A stretch of 64,000 bases of DNA, from positions 103,664,001 to 103,728,000 of the forward strand of contig NC_043004.1 in assembly GCF_006345805.1 (NCBI RefSeq). The letters run 5' to 3'. Shown here piece after piece: positions 13,850 through 25,868 of the stretch; within the stretch, counting starts at the first letter, position 1, and each line of letters opens with the position of its first letter. Source of the DNA: Octopus sinensis. Lineage: Eukaryota. The notes under the pieces were generated by a model. It did not search any database. It was given only the letters and a program-made list of their open reading frames with translations, and had not been told where the DNA came from. Position numbers and translations under genes: made by a program.

Positions 13850-14085
13850 TCAACCATGTCTGTTTTGTTATTGGTGTTGGTGTTTAACCATTCTTGGTCA
13901 ACTCTGATTGAGCAGACTTATGATCAAAGTCATCCCAGCCATGACCATTGCATCTTATTGAAGGGCTGTCTAAAGACTACATAATCTGATTCCTTCCTCT
14001 TTTTTTTTTCTCTAAGGTGTTAAGGGTTGTGATTTGAGAGAGATTTGGCTGCTATTTCTAGCAGGTCAAGCGACTGTATAGAGGC
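13850..14085 (+). repeat. Unclassified interspersed repeat (related pieces at about 30195-30350 minus and 50120-50185 plus)
   Basis: Shared motif TTGG(C/T)TGCTATTTCTAGCAG in all three places. Confidence 0.4.
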
Positions 14086-15335
14086 TTTGTTGTTAGCCAG
14101 CAATAACGTCTCAGCTTTAGTTTCCAGTGATTCGTTGCTCCGATTTGTGATTTTTCTGTTACCACTTTGCTTCACTGTGAACTGATTTCTTGTTACAACT
14201 ATGTCTACCTCCTTGTCAGTACATAGTGAAATAAATAGTTCCCAGTCTGTCATACATCCAACTCCTTCCTTTTTTTTTTCTCTTTAAAACACCTGAATTT
14301 CATATATATATATGCAGTACTAACCTTAACCTTCTTCCACTTGCCCTGTAAACTTCCACACACTGCAGGCATTCACAAATGTGCCCTAAACATAACACGC
14401 ATGCATGCACACACACATACACACACACACACACACACGCACACACTCTCTCTCTCCCTCTTTCTCTCTCTCTTTTCATTTTTTTTTAAGGAAGTACAGG
14501 TCAATGTGTGAAACTAAATTTGACAGACTTAATGTGACCAAATCGGCTTTGAATTCCAGCAAACTTGGATTTAGTTATATTTTGTATTCTTGAAATCACC
14601 AACATGTAACTCTGATTATTACTACTACTAGTATTATTATTACTACTACTACTACTACTACTACCACTTTTTGTAAGAGTTTTGTCTGAAATATTCTGCT
14701 ATTTTATTTCCTATATAAATTAGCATTGTTGGATATTCTAGCTTTTGTAACGTGTCCCAAATTTCCCCTTCTCTGACTCCCAAATAAAAATATGTCAAAA
14801 GTAATTTATATCAACTTGTTCTATTGTCAACTGCTCTTTCACTATTTGTATTATTCCAATGATAAAATGTCCAATAATTCTTGTCAAATTATTCTTTACA
14901 ATCAATGCCAATTTTAATGTATATGCTGGTTCAATAAATTATTTTTTTTCCAAATTGGTCTTATTTCAATTTCTAAAATGTTTTTCTATAATTTTTATCT
15001 ATTTGCAAATTGTTGAGAATTTTCTCTTTTTTTTGTTGTTGTTTATTTTAGTTAATTTGTGTGATTGTGGAAAGCCAACTTAAAATGATATATTTGGTAG
15101 CTAGGTACACATGAAACTCACAAGCTGCATTGTAATTCGTCTAATCAAGATATTGACACAAGCACACACAGGTACATACACATTCAATCGTTGCCACTTC
15201 AGTGAAGCAAGACTCTCTTTTGTGTTCCATAATGGTGTATTATGTAATTGTTACATAACATGAAATGGTCTGTAGTCAATAACAATTCCAGTCTGACATG
15301 ATTGTATAACGTGTTTGTGTCTGTAGACACACATA

Positions 15336-16195
15336 CACGGAATGTTTGGCCTAAATTTGACTGTTTACTAAAAGGATAAGAAAGCAATATTTCATTCGAA
15401 AATAAAAGTATTGAAAAAATTAAAAAATATCAACTAGATTATGGCTGGTAAATAAGTTTACTCAAAGTAGCCGCCCTCGGCTTCAAGATGGCTCCAGAAT
15501 CTGGCGTGCGCATTCCTCACTGTGTCCTTGGGAACATCGAACACCGCCTTGATCTTGGCCACTTGGTGTTGCAAGCAGACCGGCTGGTGTCATTCACAAA
15601 CGTGTCCTCCACACACCAATCTATGGAATTGCAATCAAGAATTAAGAGGCAAGAAATTGGGGTTGGTGAAGTCAGAGAAATTTTCCGACAACTGCTTTTG
15701 GTATCTAATTGCAAGGTGTCTAATCTTGCTGCCACGCATGTGGCCTTCCAGCAGCAACCCCTCTTGCCAAGGTTTGACCACAGTCTCCAGCAGCTTCACA
15801 CAGCTGTCTGAATTGAGCCTAAGTTCCTGTTCAAAGATGTGGGGATCGATTCTGGCATGCGGACGCAGTCAGAACACCTGCCGTGTCCCTTCCTGCTGGC
15901 CACAGTAGTCTCCATTGCTGCTGTTCATGTCACGTTTTATCGCCCTTAAGTGTTCACAGAGCATTGAGCAGTAATCATGATGTCGGCATTTTGATATTCA
16001 ACACGAATCATCATGATACAGGTAACTTCTTTCCACTTTTCTGATTACTTTCAGTCCTCCATAGCAGCTAACTTTTCTCCACTACTTTAATCTTCATGCT
16101 ATCCAATGCCATTGACTGCTCACCAATACATCGAGCTGTTTCATGAAAAAAAAAAAATCTACAGTAATAGTCAAATTTAAACCGAACATCCCGTA
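15336..16195 (-). mobile_element. Internally deleted Tc1/mariner element, DD37D (maT)-like
   Basis: About 29-bp imperfect TIRs (CACGGAATGTTTGGCCTAAATTTGACTGTT / TAGTCAAATTTAAACCGAACATCCCGTA) flanked by TA. The minus strand gives N-terminal VASRKGHGRCSDCVRMPE joined directly to PHIFEQELRLNSDSCVKLLETVVKPW...LSENFSDFTNPN...HARFWSHLEAEGGYFE*. Confidence 0.85.
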
Positions 16196-16262
16196 TACTG
16201 TGTGTGTATCCGTGCGCGTGTGTGAGTATAGTTGAATAAAAAATAGGTCGTTGGTACTGTAT

Positions 16263-16426
16263 TATATATTTGAAAAAATGAATAGAAATAGCATTTCTGA
16301 TAATTTTTCCACCTTAATAATTAGATGTTTGCAAGTTTCCATAAGTTTATAGACTTATAAATATCTAATTTTTAAAGTGGAAAAAATTATCAGAAAAGCA
16401 ATTTCTATTCTTTTTTCAAATATATA
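16263..16426. mobile_element. AT-rich hairpin MITE-like element
   Basis: Inverted arms of about 65 bp (16263-16330 / 16359-16426), TA-flanked. Confidence 0.65.
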
Positions 16427-16634
16427 TTTATACATACATTCATGTGTATATGTACGTATATGGAAATTTTACCGGTTAGTGTGTTAAATTATAAGACACC
16501 AAAAGAGAATGACTCTCTCCAGACACAACAGTATATATATAATGTGTGTATAGAGATATATCAGTCGAAACCACGTGATTTCTAAAAACGATCCTTCTTA
16601 AAGTGTACTTCTCTAGATTTATGTTTTCTAAAAA

Positions 16635-16675
<41 letters not shown>

Positions 16676-16676
<1 letters not shown>

Positions 16677-16860
16677 CGGGGAGCTTTATGAAAATAAACA
16701 AAAGACGAAGGCAGGTGGAGTACAAACAAACAATTGTATTAGTATGGCGCTCAGGAATATAAATAAAACAAGTCTTTTACGTTTCGAGCCTACGCTCTTC
16801 AACAGGAAGATACACAGAAAAGAAACACGGAGAGAAAAAAATGCGTGCAGAAGCTAGCGA
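16676..16860 (-). mobile_element. Penelope-like element terminal remnant abutting (TA)n
   Basis: Homologous to 25612-25778 (GAAGAGCGTAGGCTCGAAACGTAAAAG). PLE assignment is inferred from the hammerhead-type motif and the (TA)n junction. Confidence 0.55.
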
Positions 16861-18438
16861 TTCAACATGGCGATATATATATATATAATCTGTTTATTCT
16901 GCTGCCTCCAGCGGTTGGATTGTGGCTATGATCAATCATATTGATCTTATATCTTATTTATAGGGCCAGTAAGTTTCGGGACTTAAAAGGGAGCCATATA
17001 ACAAGGCTGGTTTTAGATCGGTACAAACACACACGTGCATGCATACATAATTTTAGTCTCCAGAATTTCTCTCTCAAGATATTGGTTTAGCTAGTGGTGT
17101 AGTAAAAGACACTTGCCCAAGGTGCTGTCTTGTAGTATTTAACCCAGATTCACGTAACCGTCTAGGAAAACGGTAAATCTGAATAAGAACTGATAAAGGT
17201 TTGAAGGAAATTGATTGCCTTCTTTCTAAACGACAACCTTTCTAGCGCTTTTGGTATAGTAGAATACATCCAGTATACTCTGCAAAGGGGTTGAATATGG
17301 AATCGTGGAGGGAGCCCTTTACTACTCTTTGCTTTGGACAGACTCTCTTGTTCCAGTGGCACGATAAAATGCACATAAGTAGAACATTTTGACCTGTTTT
17401 CTGTTAAGTGCAAGGTCAGGCGAACTGTGATGACCTATCCAACCCATGCTACTATGGAAAATATGGAGATAAAATAATTGTATTAGTTGTCTATATTTCA
17501 AGCCTGAGAGATAAGGTGAGCTTGTTGTTGTGAGTTGGACCCAGCTTCAAAGTGAAGAGTAAGGTAAGTTAGAAAAGTATTGAAACTGGTTGGCAGTGAT
17601 TGGGGAATGGTAAAGTTAAAAGTAGGAGTAGTAGAGGGGTGGTAGAGATTGTATAGTCGTTGGGCTGTAAAAATATGAAACATGTAGTTTCACGTAGATG
17701 TACTCTTCTGTCTATTACACACAGACATAGATGCAATTGCAGTTTAAGCAGGTGGATAAACTTGAAAATAACAAGAAGCTGAAGAGAAGGTAAAAAAATT
17801 GTAAGTTTGCAAAGTTTTCAAAAAAAAAAAAAAGGAAATTTGTGCACTGCCGGTAAGAAGTTAGGCAAGATATTTAAGGTAATATCAATAAATACATGAA
17901 AACAAAGTGAAAAGATATTCTGCTACCCTACATAGGTTATTCACTGATTCTACAATATTTCGGAGTTGGTCTGCCAGAAACAAAACTTGTTTCCGAGCAC
18001 TTGATAAGAGAATATATTTGATAAGGGGAATCTTTCCCCAAATATTATAGAAGCATTCAACAGCCTTTGTACCATAATTCGTTATCTTTTCTATTTGTTT
18101 GTATTTACTGACATTACCTTAGATATTTTGCCAAACTTCTCACCTGCATTTTTAAAAACTTATTCTTTAAACCGTTATATCATTTACAAATTGCAATGTT
18201 TCAGGTAAATCGCAATACTCATATAAGTCAAAGAGGTGCATTTTTGTCAAACCAAAAAATGTTATCCGTAAATACACAGATATAGTTAATGTTAATTAAA
18301 TGGAAGATGAAATTGTAAATTATACATTTTCAGGTTTATTTCACATTTTTAAACTTAAACTTAATAGAAAACAAAATTATAGATTACCACCACCCTGTTA
18401 CGTTCTGTGTTTTTTTTTTCTAAGTTACACAGCTATCG

Positions 18439-18587
18439 TAGGCGCAGGAGTGGCTGTGTGGTAAGTAGCTTGCTAACCAACCACATGGTTCTGGGTTCAG
18501 TTCCACTACGTGGCATCTTGGGCAAGTGTCTTCTGCTATAGCCCCGGAGTGGATTTGGTAGACGGAAACTGAAAGAAGCCCGTCGTA

Positions 18588-18634
<47 letters not shown>

Positions 18635-18820
18635 TTGTGTGTCTGCGTTTGTCCCCCTAGCATTGCTTGACAACCGTAACTTAGCGGTTCGGCAAAAGAG
18701 ACCGATAGAATAAGTACTGGGCTTACAAAGAATAAGTCCCGGGGTCGATTTGCTCGACTAAAGGCGGTGCTCCAGCATGGCCGCAGTCAAATGACTGAAA
18801 CAAGTAAAAGAGTAAAAGAG
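18439..18820 (+). mobile_element. SINE family A, CpG-intact copy
   Basis: TAGGCGCAGGAGTGGCTGTGTGGTAAG head through the ...GAAACAAGTAAAAGAGTAAAAGAG tail. Confidence 0.95.
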
Positions 18821-19247
18821 TAAAAAAAAAAGAGTATTCGATTTTCCATAACATTTTCCTTCCTCTGCTCTTTGTATTCCGATTGCAATCTCCTTCTAGA
18901 CTGATTATGAAAGGGCTGAAACTTCTCTGCACTAAACTGCATGCTGTTTTCATCAGCCTATTTGTATATTGCGTTCAGGTCTTACTGAAGTTTTTGGGCG
19001 TCATGAGGGGCCTTGTCAGTTTGCAATACTTTTGTATCATATATAATAATATCAAAACACCAGCTACCTCTCGGAGCAGTGACGTCCATGGAAAGCTGCT
19101 GTAATGTCGCCGTAGATGTTATTTTTTCATTACCTTTTATGATGTGTTATCCTTTTAGATGCGTTCCAACAGATTTTGACGAGGAAAAAAGAGGTGACAC
19201 GAATATACAACCATTAAAACATTTAAATAATTTTTATTCATATATGC

Positions 19248-19385
<138 letters not shown>

Positions 19386-19709
19386 GATTGATCGATAGCT
19401 ATTGATAGACAGATGTAATATGATGAGAAATTCTCCCGTCGTGAACGACGAATGACATTTCAGCAAAGTAAAGCAGTAATCATATTGTATGGACAGGAAT
19501 GAGTCTCTTGAGGCCTGCTGGTGCCTTGCAAACATTTTGACAAATGGAACAAGTTGAGGACTCAGTTTGCTCGAGTGCATGTGGTTCATTTACTAAGTGT
19601 TTTCTTCAGTGGACACGAAGGCCTGTTTCGATTTGTGCCACAAAACCACATTAACTGAATAAAGAATTATATTTAGAGGAGTAACGTTTATATATATATA
19701 ATATATATA

Positions 19710-19748
<39 letters not shown>

Positions 19749-19769
19749 ATATATATATATATATATATA

Positions 19770-19800
<31 letters not shown>

Positions 19801-20645
19801 CTGGGTCATCCTATAAATAATGTGCTTTTTTATACCTCTTTTATTTTTCAAAATTAAGATAAACAAAGTTCTTTTTAATCCAAAATATTCTCTCTTTCAT
19901 TTTCTACAATGCTCTTTCATCTATTTGGTAAGCTTGCAAGGCCTCTTTTCCTAAATTCACTTGTCCGTGACGAAAAATACTCCTCTAGTACTGTTCTGAT
20001 CTGGTCTACAGAATTCATATTTTTTCCGTCCAAACGGTTTTGAAGACTGCGGAATAAATAATAATCAGATGGGACAATGTGCAACCAATATGGTGGGTGG
20101 GGCATCGTTTCCCATTCAAACTGCTCCAGCCTTTGGAATGTCATCTTCGTTGTATGTGGCCGAGCATTATCCTGATGGAAGAATACCTTTCGTCTTGAAA
20201 CCAAAGATGGTCGTTTTTCTTCTAGCTCTGGCTGAAGCTGCTCGCAGTAGATCTTTGAACTTTTAAGCCCAAACCAAACTATAACAAAGTAGACTAAACC
20301 TTTCTTGTCCCAGCAAACGGATAACAGCATCTTACGTGGGTGAAAACCTTCTTTAGCCTGGGGTGCCGGTGTTTTTCCATTCTCTACCGGTGTTTCTCCG
20401 TTCGGCGCTTGACATTCTTATAGAGAACCCATTTCTCGTCACCAGTCACTATTCGGTCAAGAAAGAAAAAAAAAACGGTTCATTCGTGTGACATGATGGC
20501 AGAGAAGAGCACACGTTCACTCTCTGCGCGCAATTAGACTCGAAAAGTTTGTGAGGAACTCATTGACCCAATTTGCTGACTTTTCGATGGCATGAATGGT
20601 TGTCGATGAATGGTTGAATCACCAAATCCAAGCTTCTCTGCTAGT
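19801..20645 (-). mobile_element. 5'-truncated, degenerate DD34D mariner transposase copy
   Basis: Minus-strand motifs RIVTGDEKWVLY, HQDNARPH, HPPY..PSDYYLF and upstream LAEKLGFGDSTIHR; one TIR-like end CTGGGTCATCCTATAAATAATG after TA at 19801. Confidence 0.92.
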
Positions 20646-21149
20646 AATGGTTGAAGAGAGAGAAGGTAAAACACGATCACTTTAATATTGTTGTGGGGTA
20701 TATACCTCGAGCCGTGTTGATTTCTATTGGGGGTGTAATGGTAGTTACTGGAAGGAAGAGAGACACTATCTACCGTCCTAGTGATGATGATGATGATCAT
20801 CAGCAGCAGCAGCAGTAGCAGTATCTGCTCCAGGAGTGAAGAGCGTCGTTTATGGTGCACCATTCCTTCGTATAGTTCAGAGAGGGGAATGAGCTAATTA
20901 TGAACTCTTCATGTTACTTTCATAATTAGAATCGTTATCAGAAAATACGTGCAGACCTTCAACAAACACCATCCTTTTAGTCGTTTTTTTCTTCTTACAG
21001 TCAATTAAGGTGTGTGTAGAACTTCTATATCATTAACAGGCTACACAGCACGTTCATGTTCTTGCACCATTAGATGAAAATCACTTGGGTTAATTATTTT
21101 GATGTGAGGTTACGTGACCTCGTGGTTTGGGTGTTCGGATCCCGATTGT

Positions 21150-21405
21150 AATATCTTGTGAAAGGTAAGAGAGTCCAATTTGCTGGACATTGTTGTAGAG
21201 CTGAAAATGAGGTAATTTCTACTCTTCTCCTCTGGAAGCCATCAACTCGCAATACCAGAGGGCGCACACTCTCCTACCCTGATGTAATCTCCAGGGATAC
21301 AGGTATCCAGCAACAGGACCTCCGTAATGCCATGATGGACCGTGAAGTCTGGCGTAGCATGGTAAATTCCATTTCTCGACCACGGTCGAACAATGATGAT
21401 GATGT
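21150..21405 (+). mobile_element. 3' end of an RTE-clade LINE
   Basis: RVQFAGHCCRAENEVISTLLLWKPS..RGRTLSYPDVISRDTG...DREVWR, followed by a (GAT)n tail. Confidence 0.85.
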
Positions 21406-21492
21406 AATATCGTGGATTACATTTCTTGAACGAGTGACGCATTGTCTGCCTCCATGAGCAAGACGCTTCATTTCACCGCAGTAATAAAACTG

Positions 21493-21838
21493 GCATTCCG
21501 TCGGTTACATCGACACGGGTTCCAGTTGATCCGATGATCTACGGAACAACAACCTGCTCGTGAAATAAACGTGCAAGTGGCTGAGCACTCCACAGACACG
21601 CGTATCTCTTGACGTAGTTCTCAGGGAGATTCAGCGACACACAGAATCTAACAAGGCTGGCCCTTTGAAAAACAAGTACTACTCATTTTTGCCAGCTGAG
21701 TGGATTGGAGCAACGTGAAATAATGTCTTGCTCAAGGACACAGCGCGCCGCCGGGCATCGAACTCACAAACTTGCAATTGTGAGTCGAATACCGTATCCA
21801 CTTAGCCACGCACCTTCCCCGAAGTTGTAATAAATTCC
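21493..21838 (-). mobile_element. SINE family C
   Basis: tRNA-like head on the minus strand; tail shared with 21963 and 37742. Confidence 0.85.
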
Positions 21839-21962
21839 AGCCAAATTCCGGTGTAGTTCTCTTCCTCCACACCCAATCCTTGCTGCCATGTTGTGGTCGT
21901 TCCGCTGAATCAAGAGCGAGGGCCCAAGAGATACGTTTGTTTCTACTCGTAATCTTTTTTTA

Positions 21963-22335
21963 AGCACTCCGTCGGTTACGACGATGAGGGTTCCGGTTGA
22001 TCCGAATCAACGGAACAGCCTGCTCGTGAAATTAACGTGCAAGTGGCTGAGCACTTCGTATACCCTTAACGTAGTTCTCGGGGATATTCAGCGTGACACA
22101 GAGAGCGACAAGGCCGGCCCTTTGAAATACAGGTACAACAGAAACAGGAAGTAAGAGTGAAAGAAAGTTGTGGTGAAAGAGTACAGCAGGGATCGCCACC
22201 ACCCCCTGCCGGAGCCTCGTGGAGCTTTTACGTGTTTTCGCTCAATAAACACTCACAACGCCCGGTCTGGGAATCGAAACCGCGATCCTACGACCGCGAG
22301 TCCGCTGCCCTAACCACTGAGCCATTGTGCCTCCA
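21963..22335 (-). mobile_element. SINE family C (young subtype)
   Basis: Near-identical to 37742-38120. Confidence 0.9.
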
Positions 22336-22454
22336 CTACTCGTAATTACACAAGGACAGTTAGCAAAAGTATAAGTACATGTTACCAAGCCATCCATAGT
22401 CGTTTGCGAGTGATGACTAACTATACTTTTAAATTATTCTGAGACACTATCTAC

Positions 22455-22810
22455 ATAAACCACATGGTGACGGGTTCAGTCCCACCGCGTAGTACCTTGG
22501 GCAAGTGTCAGCTATTATTGCTACGGGCCGACCAAAACCTTGTGAGTGAATTTGGTATACGGAAGTTTTGTTGAAGCAGTGTGCGCCTGCGCGCGTGTGT
22601 TTGTATTGTGCTTGTCTCTAGCCCAGAGTTTGACAACCAGTGTTGGTTTGTTTCCGGAGCTTAAACTTAGCAGTTCGCCAAAAGTCACTAACATAGTAAA
22701 TCCTTGCCTTAAAAACATGTACCCGCAGTCGGTTTGTTCGAGTGAAACCTTTCAGGGTGGTATTCTAGCATGACCGCAGACCAATGACTGGAACAAGATA
22801 AAAAGAAAAG
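22455..22810 (+). mobile_element. Degenerate SINE family A
   Basis: AACCACATGG..TTCAGTCCCAC..CTTGGGCAAGTG through the ..TGACTGGAACAAG tail. Confidence 0.75.
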
Positions 22811-23204
22811 GCGCCCCCAGAGCGATCGACCCCAATGGTTTGTTTTCATCAGACGTTAAGGTTATCTGTTTTTAAGGTTATCCGAACTTCCCAAGAAAAC
22901 GAAATCGACGAAGCACAAAATGTATTGAAACAGAAGTAGAAAACAGCCTCATATTAATCTGACATTCTTTTATATATATATTTCAAAGTTTAAAAACTGT
23001 ATAATTGTATGCCTAAGGTAAAGAGAGAAGTTGGTCACGAGGCTGTTTATGATACAAAGAAGTTTATTTATAACATTCGCGTATCCATTACGTGGGTAAC
23101 CATAGACCATTTGATAATAATCTTAGATGAAATCTAAATGTAGTCAATATTGTAGTTCAGATTCTTGTAAATAATTCGTGATTTCTTATATAATCTTTTA
23201 TCTT

Positions 23205-23460
23205 TTACTTGTTTCAATTGTTGAACTGCGACCATGCTGGGGCACCGACTTGAACGGTTTTTAGGCGAACGAGTTTATCTCTGTTATTATTTTTAAAGCC
23301 TGGCATTTATTCTGTAGGTTTTTTTTTCTTGCCGAACCGTTCAGTTTAAGGGGACGAAAGAAACAAACACCGGTTAACAAGCGGTAGTGGGGGACAAATA
23401 CAAACACAAAGACACACACACACAAAGACACACACACACACCACACACACACACACACAG
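23205..23460 (-). mobile_element. Partial SINE family A (3' half)
   Basis: TTTTACTTGTTTCA..CATGCTGG.GCACC plus the (CA)n internal tract. Confidence 0.7.
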
Positions 23461-23583
23461 ATAATTACGTGGCTTAGTGGTTAAGGTATTCAGCTCACGA
23501 TCACAGAATTGTAAGTTCGATTCCTGGCGGCGCATTGAGCAAGACATTTTTTTTTCACACGTTGCGCCAGAGAAAAAAGTAAA

Positions 23584-23885
23584 AAAGGGATTCGACGGCA
23601 TTGCTTCGATATAACTCGACAAAATCAAAACATTTCACTTCAGGTATTTCCGTGGGTTTGTGGAGTATAATAGATATAACGAAATTATGCCAGCAATGTC
23701 TCATTTTAAACTTGAAGAAAAAAAACCTTGCATATTTGTTCTTACCTGTTTCAGGTGTGTATGTAAAACCCGCAAATTTCCAATCAGAAAACAGAATCGA
23801 ACTGTCATTTGCTTCCATGGAAATACCCCAAGTGAAGTGTTTCAATTTTGTCGAGTTATATCGAATGAATGCCGATTCGACTTTT
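23584..23885. mobile_element. MITE with about 65-70 bp terminal inverted repeats
   Basis: GGCATTGCTTCGATATAACTCGACAAAATCAAAACATTTCACTTCAGGTATTTCCGTGG versus its reverse complement at 23815-23885. Confidence 0.75.
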
Positions 23886-24069
23886 ATCGCACAAGTGAAC
23901 TAAGCAATTAAAAAAAAATTATTGAGAAGGTACCAATTTTGAAAAATGTGCTGGGGCGGATGGGGGGGGGGATTGCTCCCTTTGTTCTCCAATTAGCTGC
24001 GCCACTGCTGACAGGTGGATGAAGATTTAACATTCCTTTCATCTTTCTGGTAGAATTTTTCATTTATAC

Positions 24070-24243
24070 CAGGGGTTTTCAACTATCTTTTGCCTATGGA
24101 GCCATTTGATTCCAATTTTACTGAACCTCCATAGCCATTCTGAGTTAAAATATTTTGTGTATTGTAGAAGTATAACCAATTTATTGCTCACCCGGGGTCC
24201 ACATGGCACCAAGGGTCATGTGGACTACGGGTGAGAACCATTG
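24070..24243. mobile_element. hAT-like MITE
   Basis: CAGGGGTTTTCAAC ... GGTGAGAACCATTG ends; candidate 8-bp TSD ATTTATAC/ATTTACAT (6/8 match). Confidence 0.55.
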
Positions 24244-25505
24244 ATTTACATTCTTAAAAAATGTTTTTTTTTTAGGGTAAAAGACCCCCTTTAGTCATGA
24301 ATGACCATGGGATTGCACCTAGAAAATTACCTTCCGAGGCACAAGTTCAGGTAAAGTTGTTTATTGAAGACCCATGCATACCAGCCTTCACACCACTGAA
24401 TCGAAAGGCAAGAGCCAAGCTGTAGCTTGGCACTAGTGACATCACACCTCATTCCTACAGCTGAATGAACTGGAACTGCCTTGCTCGAGAACACAATACA
24501 CAGTCAAGTACGGGGATCGAACTCATTACCTAACGATTGTGAGCCCGACGCTCTAACTACTGACCCATGCTTCTTCACGTCTTTTCAAAGGTAACAGAGT
24601 CATTAAATAAGCAGAACACATATCAGGTTTGGGTTATATATATATGCTGGGGAAGGAGGTATAATGAGATGATGGGGCCGACCCCTTCACATAACTACCG
24701 ACCTACTGTAAGCAAATTTTCTGAAGTTCTTTTGCTAACAGACTGTGATGATGTTTTGGCCTGTTTTTAATATTATATTATTAGTAACAATTTGTGTGCC
24801 AGTAATAGATACAAATAATCTGTTCGTGCTTATCTTGGGCCTTTGAAAGAACTGGGATAGTCACGACTTGAATGCTTTTAGTTCTAGGTTTGTCGAATCA
24901 GGACTGATCTGGTACTAAACAAAGACAGCAAGAAATACAAGGTGGACGATGACAATATTAATGTAATAGTTAAATGGCTTATATCACGTTTGTATTATAA
25001 GACGGCGTCGTCCCACGCTGCAGGCTGAAGATCCTGCTGTGTAAGTGAGAAGGCAAATCAGCCACATGGGAAGGCAATAAAGACTGATTATTTCCATGGT
25101 TGAATTTGACGGGGAAGAATTCTCGACACACTTTAGGCAACGTTGCAATTGAGAAATAACTTGTCCAAATGCAACTTCGCCTAATATGACTACGTAGGCA
25201 TAGATATAGGGTGGAGTGAGGGAAGCAAGACGAAAAGAGATAGACAGATAGACATAGAGAGAGACAGAGAGAGTATATATATATATATATATATATATTT
25301 CTCTTCGGAAATGTATATAAGGACACAGGAAAAATGTGTCAAAGCCATCAGGAGGCGTCGATGCTTCCTAGGGCTAAACAGTGGTAGTGTACCCCCTACT
25401 GTCACGTTCACGTTATATTGACAGTATACAACCATTCTATCGCCTCACCACCGTACATATCTCTATGAGAGATTTAGAAATTTAATATTTATGATATATA
25501 TATAT

Positions 25506-25562
<57 letters not shown>

Positions 25563-25611
25563 ATATATATGTGTGTGTGTGTGTGTATGTGTGTGTGTGA
25601 TAGAACGATAG

Positions 25612-25776
25612 CCACTACACACATTTTTTCTCTCCTTGTTTTTTCTGTCCCTTTCTGTAGAAGAGCGTAGGCTCGAAACGTAAAAGAGTTATTCTATTCC
25701 TGAGTGTTATACTAATACATCTGTTTGTTTTGTAAACCACCTGTCTTCGTCTTTTGTTTTTTTCGTAAACTCTCCC

Positions 25777-25778
<2 letters not shown>
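25612..25778 (+). mobile_element. Penelope-like terminal remnant ending at (TA)n
   Basis: Homologous to 16676-16860 in the opposite orientation. Confidence 0.55.

Positions 25779-25865
<87 letters not shown>

Positions 25866-25868
<3 letters not shown>

Noticed and set aside
15488-15908. Plus-strand ORFs of 107 and 128 aa
   Set aside because: Antisense shadows of the minus-strand maT transposase.
16912-16968. 57-bp exon with good splice signals
   Set aside because: Stop codons in all three frames.
22260-22335. tRNA gene
   Set aside because: tRNA-like A/B boxes, but it continues into a SINE body and has no complete cloverleaf; the same applies to the other SINE heads.
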